A stretch of 28,851 nt of DNA, from assembly GCA_036520475.1 (NCBI GenBank), contig DATDJP010000348.1:1-28851 (forward strand). The letters run 5' to 3'. The DNA is from Polyangiaceae bacterium (GTDB lineage Bacteria; Myxococcota_A; Polyangia; Polyangiales; Polyangiaceae). The notes under the pieces were generated by a model that made no database searches, was not told the origin of the DNA, and saw nothing but the letters and a program-made list of their open reading frames with translations. The position numbers and the translations under genes were made by a program. Positions 16,503 to 27,137 of the stretch are shown piece by piece. Every line of letters starts with the position of its first letter. The stretch's first letter is position 1.

Positions 16503-17252
16503 CTACAGGCGATTCACGTGCGAGGCGACTGCCGCCTCATCGACGAAGAACGTGACGATACCCTGCTGTGGCAACACGCCGCGCGCCGGAATTCGGGACA
16601 CGGGCGCGTTGCCCGCGATCACTTCATGCAAGGCGTCCGCCTTGTCGGCCCCGCTCACCAAAAACAGCACCTGCGCGGCGGCATTGAGCACGGGAAAGGT
16701 GAGCGTGATGCGTTCCGCGTCGAGCCCGTCCACGCGCTGGGCGACGACCCACGCTTCCTGCTCGACCAGCGCTGGAGATTCGGGGAACAGCGAGGCGGTG
16801 TGACCGTCCGAACCCAGGCCGAGCAAAATCAAATCGAAACGGGGCAGCGTCGCACCCGGGAACAGGCCGCGCAACGTCTGCTCGTATTCGCGCGCCGCGT
16901 CTGCTGCGGGAAGCTCGCCACGGATGCGATGCACGCGCGCTTTTGGCACGAAATCGCGGTGAGTGAGCGCCTGTGCCACCATGCGCGCGTTGCTCGCCTC
17001 GTGTTCCGGTGGCACGGCCCGCTCGTCGCCGAAACACAGCTCCATCTGACTCCAGGGCAGCTCCGGGTGCTCGGACAAGAGCTGGTACAGCGCGCGCGGC
17101 GTCGAGCCGCCTGACAACGCCAGCGTGAAGCGCCCCTGCTTGCGTACCGAGCTCAGGGCCAGCTCTTCCAGGTGACGTGCGGCCGCCGCGGCTACCGCGC
17201 TGGCATCGGAGAAAACTCGAACGCGCCGGGCGGGCTGCGAGACATTCGACAT
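16503..17252 (-). CDS. pgl: 6-phosphogluconolactonase
   Basis: FTLALSGGSTP motif and ...LLGLGSDGHTASLFP. 249 aa. Located 10 bp downstream of zwf. Confidence 0.85.
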   Translation of the reverse strand: MSNVSQPARRVRVFSDASAVAAAAARHLEELALSSVRKQGRFTLALSGGSTPRALYQLLSEHPELPWSQMELCFGDERAVPPEHEASNARMVAQALTHRDFVPKARVHRIRGELPAADAAREYEQTLRGLFPGATLPRFDLILLGLGSDGHTASLFPESPALVEQEAWVVAQRVDGLDAERITLTFPVLNAAAQVLFLVSGADKADALHEVIAGNAPVSRIPARGVLPQQGIVTFFVDEAAVASHVNRL

Positions 17253-17261
17253 GGCGCTGAC

Positions 17262-18827
17262 CTACTGCGACGCGAGCGGTCGCCACGCACCGCCCGTGCC
17301 GTCGAAGAGCCGCTGCGCTTGCTCGGGTCCCTCGCCAAAAGGGCGATAGTTCGGAAAAGCGGGAGGTGGCAGGTTCGCCCAGCCGGCGTGGACGGCGCTG
17401 ATGAAGCGCCAGGCATGCTCCACCTCGTCGGAGCGCGTGAACAGCGAAGCGTCGCCCCGCAGCGCGTCCAGGAGCAAGCGCTCGTAGGCTTCGGGTGAGC
17501 GCTTCTGGAACGCCTTGTAGAAAAAATCCATCCGCACCTCGTCGAGGTGTACCTGCATCCCGGGCTGCTTGCTGGCGAACGTCAAGCCGATGCCTTCGTC
17601 CGGCTGGATGCGGAGTATCAGCACGTTCGAGAGCGGTCGCGCCGCCTCTGTCTCGTCTTCTACGAGCTCCCGGAACAGGTGCAGCGGCGGCTGCTTGAAC
17701 GTTACGGCGATTTCGGACACGCGACTCGCCAGCCGCTTGCCGGTACGCAGCAGAAACGGCACACCAGCCCAGCGCCAGTTGTCGACCGACAGGCGCAGGG
17801 CGACGTACGACTCGGTCGTGGAGCCAGGATTGACGCCCGCTTCATCGCGATACGCGCGGACCGTTTCGTCGTTCGTCTCGAGCCTTCCGTACTGACCGCG
17901 CACCGTATTCTTTGCCACCTGCTCGCGGCTCATCGGCTCGAGCGCGCGCAGCACCTTGACCTTCTCGTCGCGCAGCGCCTGCGCCTCCATCGACGACGGC
18001 GGCTCCATCGCGATCAGGCACAAGAGCTGGAGCATGTGGTTTTGCACCATGTCGCGGAGCGCGCCCGAATTGTCGTAGTACGCGCCGCGCTTGCCTTCCA
18101 TGCCCAGCGTCTCGGCCACGCTGATCTGGACGTGGTCTACGTACTTTCGATTGAACAGCGGCTCGAAGATGGCGTTGCCAAAGCGAAAGCTGAAGATGTT
18201 CTGGACGGTCTCCTTACCCAGATAGTGATCGATGCGGTACGCCTGTGTCTCGTCGAGGTGCTCGGTGATGTGCCCATTCAGAGCGCGCGCGCTGTCCAGA
18301 TCGCGACCGAAGGGTTTCTCGATGATGACGCGCGACCAGGTTCGGTCGCTGCGGCGGCGGATCATGTGCGCGTTCGCCAGCTGCTCGACGATGGTCGGGA
18401 AGAACTCGGGCGACACGGACAAGTAGTAGACACGATTGCCGGGCAGGTCGCGCTCGCGCTCGAGCTCCGTCAGGCGCCGTTCGAGGCGCTGGAACGATGC
18501 AGGATCCGCGTTGTCTCCGCTCACGTAGAACAGCGACCCAAGCAGTTTGTTCCGCGCGCTTACCGCGGACGGTTCGTTGTCCAGCGCGCGCGCCATGGCG
18601 TCGCGGTAGGCGTCATCGCCGAGCTCGCTGCGCGAGAAACCGACGACGAGGTATCGCTCCGAGAGGTACCCATCGAGCTCGAGGTGGAACAACGCGGGCA
18701 GCAGCTTGCGCTGCGCCAGATCCCCCGAAGCGCCGAAAATGACGAGCGTGAAGGGATCGCGTGCGCAGAACGCCTCGCGGTTCGCTTCGCTCGCGGCAGT
18801 GCCGACGACGTGAGTGGTGCAATCCAT
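17262..18827 (-). CDS. zwf: Glucose-6-phosphate 1-dehydrogenase
   Basis: NADP-binding LVIFGASGDLAQRKLLPALF, RIDHYLGKE and EKPFG motifs. 521 aa. Confidence 0.92.
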   Translation of the reverse strand: MDCTTHVVGTAASEANREAFCARDPFTLVIFGASGDLAQRKLLPALFHLELDGYLSERYLVVGFSRSELGDDAYRDAMARALDNEPSAVSARNKLLGSLFYVSGDNADPASFQRLERRLTELERERDLPGNRVYYLSVSPEFFPTIVEQLANAHMIRRRSDRTWSRVIIEKPFGRDLDSARALNGHITEHLDETQAYRIDHYLGKETVQNIFSFRFGNAIFEPLFNRKYVDHVQISVAETLGMEGKRGAYYDNSGALRDMVQNHMLQLLCLIAMEPPSSMEAQALRDEKVKVLRALEPMSREQVAKNTVRGQYGRLETNDETVRAYRDEAGVNPGSTTESYVALRLSVDNWRWAGVPFLLRTGKRLASRVSEIAVTFKQPPLHLFRELVEDETEAARPLSNVLILRIQPDEGIGLTFASKQPGMQVHLDEVRMDFFYKAFQKRSPEAYERLLLDALRGDASLFTRSDEVEHAWRFISAVHAGWANLPPPAFPNYRPFGEGPEQAQRLFDGTGGAWRPLASQ

Positions 18828-18850
18828 GATCGTCTCCGGGGCAGCCTTGC

Positions 18851-20263
18851 TCAGGCGCGCTCGTCTCGGGCCAGCCAGTCCGTGTGGAAGTGGCCCGGCT
18901 TGTCGGTGCGCTCGTACGTGTGCGCGCCGAAGTAATCACGCTGGGCCTGCGTCAGGTTCTGGGGCAACCGCTCGCGTCGAATCGTGTCGTAATACGCGAG
19001 GGCGCTCGCGTGTCCCGGGAGCGCCAGGCCCCGTTCGACACCCAGAGCGACCAGCCGGCGCCACGCAGCCTGACGCTCGGCGAGCTCGCGCTGAAATGCG
19101 GGATCTACGAGCAGGTTGGGCAGGTCAGGGGTACGCAGAAACGCTTCCTTGATGCGCCCCAGAAACTGCGCGCGGATGATGCATCCTCCGGTCCAGATGC
19201 GGGCGAGCTCTGAAAGATTCAAGTTCCAGTCGTAGCTGCGCGACGCTGCCTGCAGCAGCGACATCCCTTGCGCATACGCGCACGCCTTTGCGGCATACAG
19301 CGCCGCGCGCACGTCCGAGACGAGCTCTGCGCGGCTCTTGCCCGCGGCCTGGGGCGCGGGCCCGGGTAGCACGCGGGTCTGCTTTCGACTCGGGTCGCCG
19401 GAGAGCACCCGCGCATCGACAGCGGCTGCGATCGTCGGCACGGGCGCGCCGATCTCCGCGGCTTGTTGCACGGTCCACTTGCCGGTGCCCTTCATGGACG
19501 CAGCATCGGAGATGACGTCGATGAGCGAGCCCGTGCCCTCGGGGTCGGCCTTGCGGAAGATGTTGGCGGTGATCTCGATCAAGAACGACTCGAGCTCGCC
19601 GCGGTTCCACTCCGCGAAGGTATCGGCGATCTCCGCGTTGGAAAGGCCCGCAGCGAGCAGCACGTCGTAAGCTTCGGCGATCAGCTGCATGTCGGCGTAT
19701 TCGATGCCGTTGTGCACCATCTTGACGAAGTGTCCGCTGCCGCCCGGGCCGACGTACGTCACACACGCGCCGTCGGCCTTGGCGGCGATCGCGGTCAGCA
19801 TCGCCGCCATCTCATCGTAGCCGGCGCGGTCGCCACCCGGCATCAGGGACGGGCCATGACGGGCGCCCTCTTCGCCGCCGGAAACGCCCATGCCGAAAAA
19901 GCGCAGCCCCCGGGCGCTGAGCTCCGCAGCGCGGCGCTCGGTATTCCTGAAAAATTCGTTGCCCCCGTCGATCACCATGTCTCCCGCTTGCAGCAGGGGC
20001 ATGAGCGCGGCGAGCGTGTGGTCGACCACGTCGCCGGCTTTGACGAGCAGGATGATGCGTCGTGGCCGAGACAGAGACCCGACGAACGCAGGCAACGCCG
20101 AAAATGCGTGCACGGGCGCGGCCCCGGCGAGCCGTTGCATGCGCTCGATGGGCTCGGGCCAAGCGTCGTACGCGGCCACCGAGTGACCCTTTTCGGCCAG
20201 GTTGAGCGCGAGATTCTGCCCCATCACTCCGAGGCCCAACATGCCGACGTCTAGGTTCATCAT
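18851..20263 (-). CDS. gnd: 6-phosphogluconate dehydrogenase (decarboxylating)
   Basis: N-terminus MGLGVMGQNLALNLAEKGHSVAAYD, GGNEFF, and a C-terminal 6PGD domain. 470 aa. Confidence 0.92.
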   Translation of the reverse strand: MMNLDVGMLGLGVMGQNLALNLAEKGHSVAAYDAWPEPIERMQRLAGAAPVHAFSALPAFVGSLSRPRRIILLVKAGDVVDHTLAALMPLLQAGDMVIDGGNEFFRNTERRAAELSARGLRFFGMGVSGGEEGARHGPSLMPGGDRAGYDEMAAMLTAIAAKADGACVTYVGPGGSGHFVKMVHNGIEYADMQLIAEAYDVLLAAGLSNAEIADTFAEWNRGELESFLIEITANIFRKADPEGTGSLIDVISDAASMKGTGKWTVQQAAEIGAPVPTIAAAVDARVLSGDPSRKQTRVLPGPAPQAAGKSRAELVSDVRAALYAAKACAYAQGMSLLQAASRSYDWNLNLSELARIWTGGCIIRAQFLGRIKEAFLRTPDLPNLLVDPAFQRELAERQAAWRRLVALGVERGLALPGHASALAYYDTIRRERLPQNLTQAQRDYFGAHTYERTDKPGHFHTDWLARDERA

Positions 20264-20300
20264 CTCTTTCTGCTCCCCGGCTGCGCTTCTGGCAACGGTG

Positions 20301-21821
20301 CTACTTACCCGGTGCTCGTCCCTTGTTCAGTGCAAAGGTTTCTTCGGGTGACAAGATCAAGCGGTGGCGGCCGAAAGCTGCGAAGTAGGCCAGACCCGCC
20401 ACGTACCAGGCCAGCGCAGCGTACACGCCCTTGAGGTACGCCTCGTCCTGAAGCTGATAGTAAAGAGTGAAGAGCGCGATTCCGATGGTGACTGCCGCCC
20501 CGAAGATGCCGAAGGGGCTCCGGTACGGGCGTTCGATGTCCGGCATTTTGAGCCGCAGAAGGATGAACGACATGGCCTGTAGCGCGTAGGAGATCATTGC
20601 CCCGAACACGGCCATGTTGAGGAGGGTTCCGCCGATCACGGAGCTGCCCTGGGTCTCACCGCGCGTGAACCAGATCGTGAGCAGCACACCGAGACCGATC
20701 ACGGCGCCCGCGATCAGCCCCATGTACGGCGTCTTGCGGCTGCCGTGCGTCAGCGAGAGCAGCGGCGGGTAGTAGCCGGCGCGCGCGAGCGAGTAGATCT
20801 GTCGTCCATACGCGAAGATGATCGTGTGAAAGCTGGCGACGAGCCCCACCACGGCGAACAGCGCGACCAGCTTGGCGATGCCGCCGCCGTAGATGGTGCG
20901 AAAGCCGTCGAGCAGCGGCTCAGCGGAAGTCGCCAGCGAATAGGCGCCGCGCAGCTGGCCGTGCTGGTCGCCGCCGATCGACGCATTCAAGAACATGACC
21001 AGGAGCGCCGAGACGATCAGGGTGGCGATTCCCAGGCGCAGTGCGGTCGGCATGTCGCGTTTCGGGTCGTGCGATTCCTCGGCGGCCAGGGGCAGCTCCT
21101 CGATCGCCAGAAACAGCCAGACCGCGAACGGCATGGCCGCGAACGCGCCGCCCAACCCGAACGGCAAGAACGCCCCGCCGCCCTCCGGAAGCTCCACGAT
21201 CTTGCCGTCCACACCCGCGGCGATATTGAGCGCCCAGCGCGAAAAGTCGGCGTGCGGTAGCGCGCTAGCGAAGAAGAACGCGAGCACCGCGAGCGCCAGC
21301 AACGTGACCGTCACCGAGACTCTGAACGAGAGCTCCACCCCCCAGTAGTTGAGCAGCACGAACACGCAATAGCCGCCCGTCCACCACAGCGGCTGCAGAG
21401 CCGGTGCGGTCTCGAAGATGCCGGTCATGTACGAGCCCATGAAGAACACGATCACGGCGGGCGTCATGATGTACTCGATGCTTTCGGCCAAGCCCGTGAT
21501 GAACCCGCCCCATGGCCCCATGGTGCTGCGCGCGAACGAATAGGCGCCGCCGGTGTGCGGCAAGGCCGGCGACATCTCTGCCAGCGAGAAACACAAACCG
21601 ACATACATGAGCGCGATCAGGACCGCGGCCACGAACAGCCCACCCCAGCCGCCTGACGCGATACCCAGGTTCCACCCGGAAAAATGACCCGAAATGACGG
21701 CGCCGACGCCCAGCGCCCAGAGCGAGCCCACGCGAGCGTGGCGTTTGAGCCCGCGCTTCTCGAAGTATGCGGCGTCGACGCTCTTGTACGTGACGCTGCC
21801 CACGGGTTTGGGTTCGGTCAT
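20301..21821 (-). CDS. APC-family permease, ethanolamine-permease (Eat) type
   Basis: Start at MTEPKPV. YKSVDAAYFEKRGLKRHARVGSLWALGVGAVISGHFSGWN matches the Eat signature. About 12 TM segments. The upstream 35 codons of ORF 20301-21926 are unsupported. Confidence 0.8.
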   Translation of the reverse strand: MTEPKPVGSVTYKSVDAAYFEKRGLKRHARVGSLWALGVGAVISGHFSGWNLGIASGGWGGLFVAAVLIALMYVGLCFSLAEMSPALPHTGGAYSFARSTMGPWGGFITGLAESIEYIMTPAVIVFFMGSYMTGIFETAPALQPLWWTGGYCVFVLLNYWGVELSFRVSVTVTLLALAVLAFFFASALPHADFSRWALNIAAGVDGKIVELPEGGGAFLPFGLGGAFAAMPFAVWLFLAIEELPLAAEESHDPKRDMPTALRLGIATLIVSALLVMFLNASIGGDQHGQLRGAYSLATSAEPLLDGFRTIYGGGIAKLVALFAVVGLVASFHTIIFAYGRQIYSLARAGYYPPLLSLTHGSRKTPYMGLIAGAVIGLGVLLTIWFTRGETQGSSVIGGTLLNMAVFGAMISYALQAMSFILLRLKMPDIERPYRSPFGIFGAAVTIGIALFTLYYQLQDEAYLKGVYAALAWYVAGLAYFAAFGRHRLILSPEETFALNKGRAPGK

Positions 21822-21919
21822 GGATGAAACCCTTAGTACCACGGCAATTGCGCCCAGGTGCCGCAGCGCCCGCCGCTGACGAGCCGCGTGCTCGTGGTTA
21901 GCCTGGCGATACACAGCGT

Positions 21920-24484
21920 ATGGCAAGCCGAAACTACTCGTTCGTCGGCAAAGAATCGGCCAATTTCGTGCGCGTTCGCGGCGCGCGCGAGAACAACCTC
22001 AAGGGCATCGACGTGGACCTCCCGCGCGACGCGCTGGTGGTGTTCACGGGTGTCTCCGGGTCCGGCAAGTCGTCGCTGGCCTTCGGTACGCTCTACGCTG
22101 AAGCGCAGCGTCGGTATCTCGAGTCCGTGTCGCCGTATGCGCGGCGCTTGTTCGACCAGATGCCCGTGCCGGACGTCGACGCCATCGACGGCCTGCCTCC
22201 TGCGGTCGCGCTCCAGCAGCAACGCGGGGCGCCCACGACTCGCTCGTCCGTCGGTAGTGTCACGACGCTGTCCAATCTGCTCCGCATGCTGTATTCGCGC
22301 GCCGGCACGTATCCGCGCAGCCAGTCGCACCTGGATGCTGAGGCGTTTTCGCCTAACACGCCCGCTGGCGCATGTCCGAAGTGCCACGGCCTCGGGCGCG
22401 TGTACGAAGTCACTGAACGATCCATGGTGCCGGACGATTCGCTCACGATCCGGGAGCGGGCAATCGCGGCCTGGCCGCCGGCGTGGCATGGCGGGAACCT
22501 GCGCGACATGCTGATCACGCTCGGCTACGACGTCGATCGTCCCTGGCGCGCGCTCTCGAGAAAGGATCGAGATTGGATCCTGTTCACTGACGAGCAGCCC
22601 GTCGTGCCCGTGTACATCGGCTACGACGCGGCCGAAGTGAAGAGGGCCCGCAAGCGCAAAGAGGAGCCGAGCTATCACGGCAATTTTTCGAGCGCCAGGC
22701 GCTACGTGCTCGAGACGTTCGCGACGACTCAGAGCGCGTCGATCAAAAAACGCGTGGCGCGCTACATGGAGAGCGCCGACTGCGCGCTGTGTCACGGCAA
22801 GCGCCTGCGCCGGGAGTCGCTGTCGGTGACCTTTGCGGGTCTGGACATCGCGGAGATGTCGCGGCTACCGCTGAAGCGCCTCCGCTGCGTGCTGGAGCAC
22901 TTCGAAACCGGCGCCGCCTTTCGGCAGGTCGCCCGGGGTCACCCCGAGAAAGCGCTCGCGGCTCAGCGCATCGTCGAGGATTTTCGCGCGCGCCTGAGCG
23001 TGCTCCTGGACCTGGGGCTCGGGTACCTCCAGCTAGAACGCAGCACGCCGACGCTCTCGCCCGGCGAGCTGCAACGCTTGAGGCTCGCCACGCAGGTGCG
23101 CTCCAACTTGTTCGGCGTGGTCTACGTGCTCGACGAGCCCTCCGCCGGACTTCATCCCGCCGACACGGAGGCGCTGCTCGTGGCGCTCGATCGCCTCAAA
23201 GCATCGGGCAACTCACTGTTCGTCGTCGAACACGAGCTGGACGTGATTCGCCACGCAGACTGGATTGTCGACGTGGGTCCCGCCGCTGGTGAGCACGGCG
23301 GGCGCATTCTGTACAGCGGTCAGCCAGCGGGCCTCGCGCGCGTGGACGCCTCGCAGACGCGGCGGCACCTGTTCGGGGAGCAAGCGCTGCCGGCGCGCGC
23401 GCCACGAGAAGCTCGCGGCCGGCTGGAGCTGAGCGGGGTGACACGCAACAACTTGCACGAGCTGGAGGTGGCGTTTCCACTCGGCGTGCTGACCACGGTA
23501 ACGGGCGTTTCCGGCTCCGGAAAGTCCACGCTCGTGAGCCAGGTGCTGGTCGAGCTGGTCGGGCGTGAGCTGGGCCAGCACGTCGCCCTGGAGGAGGACG
23601 AGGGCGAGGAGCTCGAGCGCGCCCCGGTGCTCACCCTCGGCGGACGCGTCAACGCGGGTATGGATCACGTGAAGCGACTCGTACGCGTCGATCAGAAAGC
23701 CATCGGTCGCACCCCGCGCTCCAATCTGGCCACGTACACTGGCCTCTTCGACCACGTGCGCAAGCTCTTCGCCAAGACCAAGGCGGCGCGCGCTCGCCAC
23801 TACGATGCCAGCCGCTTTTCCTTCAACTTGCCGAAAGGACGCTGCGAGACCTGTGAAGGGGAGGGGTTCGTGATGGTCGAGCTATTGTTCCTGCCCAGCG
23901 TCTACGCGCCCTGCCAGGCGTGTCACGGTGCGCGTTACAACGCCAAGACCCTGGAAATCCGCTATCGCGAGCAGAATATCGCGGACGTCCTCCAGATGAC
24001 GGTCGACGCGGCCTGGGAGTTTTTCGCCGAGGAGCCGCAGGTCCAGCGCGCGCTCTCCGTGCTGCGCGAGGTGGGCGTCGGCTATCTTCGACTCGGACAG
24101 CCCGCCACGGAGCTGTCGGGCGGGGAGGCCCAGCGCGTCAAGCTCGCCACCGAGCTCCAGCGCGTGCACCGCGGCGACACGCTCTACGTGCTCGACGAGC
24201 CCACTACGGGCCTTCACCCTGCGGACGTGGAGAAGCTCATGGCTCAGCTCGAGCGGCTCGTCGACGCCGGCAACACCGTGATCGTCGTCGAACACGACAT
24301 GCGCGTCGTCGCGGGCAGCGACTGGGTGATCGACGTCGGACCGGGCGCGGGGGACGAAGGCGGACGAATCGTCGCGTTCGGGACACCCGACGCCCTGGCG
24401 CGCGCCAAAAAAAGTCGCACAGCTCCATACCTTGCGCGATTTCTCAGCGATGCACAGCGCGCGAGAACGGCGCGTGCAGGCTGA
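21920..24484 (+). CDS. uvrA: UvrA-family ABC ATPase, class II paralog (UvrA2/DrrC-like; UvrB-binding domain absent)
   Basis: Two ABC modules ([10 protein letters not shown]; second GVSGSGKST), signature LSGGE, zinc-finger Cys pairs. Only ~15 aa separate ...[15 protein letters not shown] from ...[12 protein letters not shown], where E. coli UvrA carries the ~150-aa UvrB-binding domain. 854 aa. Confidence 0.85.
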   Translation: MASRNYSFVGKESANFVRVRGARENNLKGIDVDLPRDALVVFTGVSGSGKSSLAFGTLYAEAQRRYLESVSPYARRLFDQMPVPDVDAIDGLPPAVALQQQRGAPTTRSSVGSVTTLSNLLRMLYSRAGTYPRSQSHLDAEAFSPNTPAGACPKCHGLGRVYEVTERSMVPDDSLTIRERAIAAWPPAWHGGNLRDMLITLGYDVDRPWRALSRKDRDWILFTDEQPVVPVYIGYDAAEVKRARKRKEEPSYHGNFSSARRYVLETFATTQSASIKKRVARYMESADCALCHGKRLRRESLSVTFAGLDIAEMSRLPLKRLRCVLEHFETGAAFRQVARGHPEKALAAQRIVEDFRARLSVLLDLGLGYLQLERSTPTLSPGELQRLRLATQVRSNLFGVVYVLDEPSAGLHPADTEALLVALDRLKASGNSLFVVEHELDVIRHADWIVDVGPAAGEHGGRILYSGQPAGLARVDASQTRRHLFGEQALPARAPREARGRLELSGVTRNNLHELEVAFPLGVLTTVTGVSGSGKSTLVSQVLVELVGRELGQHVALEEDEGEELERAPVLTLGGRVNAGMDHVKRLVRVDQKAIGRTPRSNLATYTGLFDHVRKLFAKTKAARARHYDASRFSFNLPKGRCETCEGEGFVMVELLFLPSVYAPCQACHGARYNAKTLEIRYREQNIADVLQMTVDAAWEFFAEEPQVQRALSVLREVGVGYLRLGQPATELSGGEAQRVKLATELQRVHRGDTLYVLDEPTTGLHPADVEKLMAQLERLVDAGNTVIVVEHDMRVVAGSDWVIDVGPGAGDEGGRIVAFGTPDALARAKKSRTAPYLARFLSDAQRARTARAG

Positions 24485-24778
24485 TTGGCGCCCGCGCCCA
24501 CACACGCGCTGCTCGCGGACGGACTATGACGCTTTAGCGGGAAAGACGATCAAACTCCGCACCGACTGCGCACACGCATGCGTCCATGCCGAGCTGCGCG
24601 GAAGCACTCTAGCAGTACGAGTCTGCTGCCAGTCCGTCTCCTCCCGCCGCACTTGCGGCCGCGTCTCCTGAGCGCCGTCGCAGAGTCGAGCACGCCCAGA
24701 GCCGCTAGACCCCGCGCGAACTCGGACTCACGAAAGAACTGTAAACCGAGGCGCGCTTCATCGTACGCTGACCGTTCC

Positions 24779-26515
24779 ATGGTCATACGAGCGGAGTTTT
24801 CGTGCATCGGGTTGGGCTTCATCTTGTCGTTTGGGTGTTCGCCGGGCCTCGGGGACACGGAGTTTCCGACGGGCAAGGAGTGCAACGCCTTGCGCCCGCC
24901 CAGCGAACCGGACCTGCTCGCGCTTGAACCGGCGGATCGCGCGGCCTTCGCGTCGATCCGTGCCCAGGGCATCGCGGTCGTGCACTACGAGCAGAAAGGG
25001 TGCGACATGCGGCTCGAGCTGCTGAGCAATTGCCTGGTGCGCGGCGAGTATCAGTTCGTTCCGTATTGGGAGCAGGATACGAAGTCCGCTCGCACCGCGA
25101 AGGAACTTTTCACCAAGCTGCCGGTCGGCGCCTTCAGCGTCGCCGGCAAGGTGACGCGCGAACGGTCGCTTCGTGCGGACTACATGCTCGCCGGCATGGC
25201 TCAGCTCCCAATCGGCTACCGCTTCGACGCGAGCCATCTTGTCGGCGAGTGCATGCGGGCCACGCACGTCGTCACGCGCATGTACCTCGGTGGATTCACC
25301 CTTGCGGCCGGCAAATCCGACGAGCTCGCGGCGCAAGCTTCCGTGTTCGTCGAGACAGGCGCCCGAACCACGTCTTCGTTCGAACGCGTGCGCTACGCGG
25401 GAGACCCGAAGTCCTGCGAGGATTCGCGTAAAACGCGGAGGGAAGATCTTGGCTGCGCGACGCCGCTCAGACTCACCCTCATGCCGCTCGCAGAGACTCG
25501 CGAATGCATCGGCGTCGCCGAATGCCAGGCGCGCTGCAACGGCGGGGAAGCTGCGAGCTGTGTGAGCCTGGGTGGGATTTACCTGAACGGCAACGGAGTC
25601 CCCGCGGATCTGGTGCGTGGCTCGCAGCTCCTCAAGCAAGCCTGTGATCGCGGAGACATGTCCGGTTGCGCCAATCTCGGCATTTCCTACCTGAAGGGCG
25701 TCGGAGTGACGCAGGACTTCCGGCAAGCGTCGTCGCTGTTGCATCGCGCCTGCGAGGTCGGAATTTCCTGGAGCTGCGGCCACCTCGGCTCGATGCACGT
25801 CTCGGGTTCGGGGATGCCCGTGGATCTGCTCGCTGGGGGCTCGCTGTTTCAGCGAGCCTGTGCCGGCGGCGATGCCGGCGGCTGCACGGCCGCCGTCGAA
25901 GCGCTGAATGAGGTGTGCAACGCCGGCGACGAACGCGGTTGCTTCGAGCTCGGTGGCATGTACGGCCGCGGCGAAGGCGTGTCGAAGGATCCGAAACGCA
26001 CCGGCGAGCTCATGACGCTCGCTTGCAACAAGGGGCTCACGAAAGCGTGCCTCCAGCTCGCGACGCTGCATCTTCGCGGGTTCGGCGTGCCCGTCGATCC
26101 GTCGAAAGCGGTCGAGCTCTACTCGCGTTACTGTAACAGCGTCCAGTCGGACGGCTGTCTCGCGCTCGGGCTCATCTTCATGGACGGGGATGGTGTCGCG
26201 CAGGACTACGGCAAGGCGATGGCGCACTTCCAGCGTGCGTGCGATGCCGGCGATCCGATGGGTTGCGGCGGAGTCGCGCAGATGCTCCTCGACGGCAAGG
26301 GCGTGGCCGTCGACCAGGCGCGCGCTCTCGCGCTTTTCGTAGGCGGCTGCGACGCGAACTGCGCCGGGTGCTGCTCGGGAGTCGCCGACATCTACGAAAA
26401 CGGCAGGGGCGTGAAGGCCGACCTTCGGCAGGCGCGCGAATTCTACCTTCGTGCCTGCAATGGCGGCGACGAAGACTCGTGCCGCGCCGTAGAGCGCCTC
26501 AAGAGTGCGCGCTGA
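24779..26515 (+). CDS. Secreted Sel1-repeat (HcpA-like, Cys-bridged TPR-like) protein with a ~270-aa N-terminal domain of unknown function
   Basis: Start at MVIRAEFSCIGLGFILSFGC (signal). From ~aa 290 there are at least 8 repeats of ...AC..G...GC..LG..Y..G.GV..D...A.... The upstream 67 codons of ORF 24578 are Arg/Pro-rich and rejected. Confidence 0.8.
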   Translation: MVIRAEFSCIGLGFILSFGCSPGLGDTEFPTGKECNALRPPSEPDLLALEPADRAAFASIRAQGIAVVHYEQKGCDMRLELLSNCLVRGEYQFVPYWEQDTKSARTAKELFTKLPVGAFSVAGKVTRERSLRADYMLAGMAQLPIGYRFDASHLVGECMRATHVVTRMYLGGFTLAAGKSDELAAQASVFVETGARTTSSFERVRYAGDPKSCEDSRKTRREDLGCATPLRLTLMPLAETRECIGVAECQARCNGGEAASCVSLGGIYLNGNGVPADLVRGSQLLKQACDRGDMSGCANLGISYLKGVGVTQDFRQASSLLHRACEVGISWSCGHLGSMHVSGSGMPVDLLAGGSLFQRACAGGDAGGCTAAVEALNEVCNAGDERGCFELGGMYGRGEGVSKDPKRTGELMTLACNKGLTKACLQLATLHLRGFGVPVDPSKAVELYSRYCNSVQSDGCLALGLIFMDGDGVAQDYGKAMAHFQRACDAGDPMGCGGVAQMLLDGKGVAVDQARALALFVGGCDANCAGCCSGVADIYENGRGVKADLRQAREFYLRACNGGDEDSCRAVERLKSAR

Positions 26516-26618
26516 CGGAGCGCCCCTTGCGCCCGAGCCGAGAGACTCTGACGTGCGCGTGAAGATGTGGAGTCGCCCCTTGACACAGATGGGGTGCTTG
26601 CTGCATATACAGTGTCGT

Positions 26619-26650
26619 GGGGCGCGCACTTCGCGTGCCCCATTTTCGTT
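26619..26650 (+). terminator. Intrinsic-terminator-like hairpin (9-bp GC stem, 5-nt loop) followed by ATTTTCGTT
   Basis: ggggcgcgc-acttc-gcgtgcccc then attttcgtt. It lies 104 bp after the Sel1 stop and directly after a TTGACA-N18-CATATA promoter-like site (26580-26609). Confidence 0.45.
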
Positions 26651-26833
26651 CCAAGGTCAGGTCATGAGGCTCCATCGCTATCCAACGGACACGCAGCGCC
26701 TGCCGCAAGCAGGGCAGCTCGCGTGTACGCGTGCTAGCGGCGCAAATTCGCGTTTCATAGCGGATTTGTGGCTCTCCACTGCGGAGGGTTTCGCCTAGGC
26801 GGTCCGAGTCGTTCTCGAAAGAGTAGCGCTCGC

Positions 26834-26880
26834 AAGGCCGCCTCGGGAAACCAGGCGGCCTTCGCCGTTTGTGGTTTCTC
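26834..26880 (+). terminator. Second terminator-like hairpin (10-bp stem aaggccgcct/aggcggcctt, 9-nt loop) with a T-rich tail gtttgtggtttctc
   Basis: Read directly. It lies in a ~1-kb stretch without convincing CDS. Confidence 0.4.
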
Positions 26881-27137
26881 GCACTGGTCAGTTTTCGCGA
26901 GCTCGGGCGTGCCATCACACTGGCGGTCACGTCACGGGGTCGTTTTGCGCGAGGTCATCATGGCACACATCAAGCTTTGTCTCTGAGGCGCTAACCCGTT
27001 TAGCGCTTCAGATATCGAGTCAGCGGCGGCACTGCGTCACTCGGACTTCCAACGAAGTCTCCGAGCGTACGTCCGGATGCTCGCATCGACCACGCTGTCT
27101 CACACGCTGGACGGCAAACCAGCTGAACCCCAATGTA

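Noticed and set aside
17547-20254. Long plus-strand ORFs (462 aa, 263 aa and others) across zwf and gnd
   Set aside because: Antisense to genes with unambiguous Zwf and Gnd motifs.
24578-24778. 67-codon upstream extension of the Sel1 protein ORF
   Set aside because: Arg/Pro/Ser-rich with no signal peptide. The internal Met gives a proper signal sequence.
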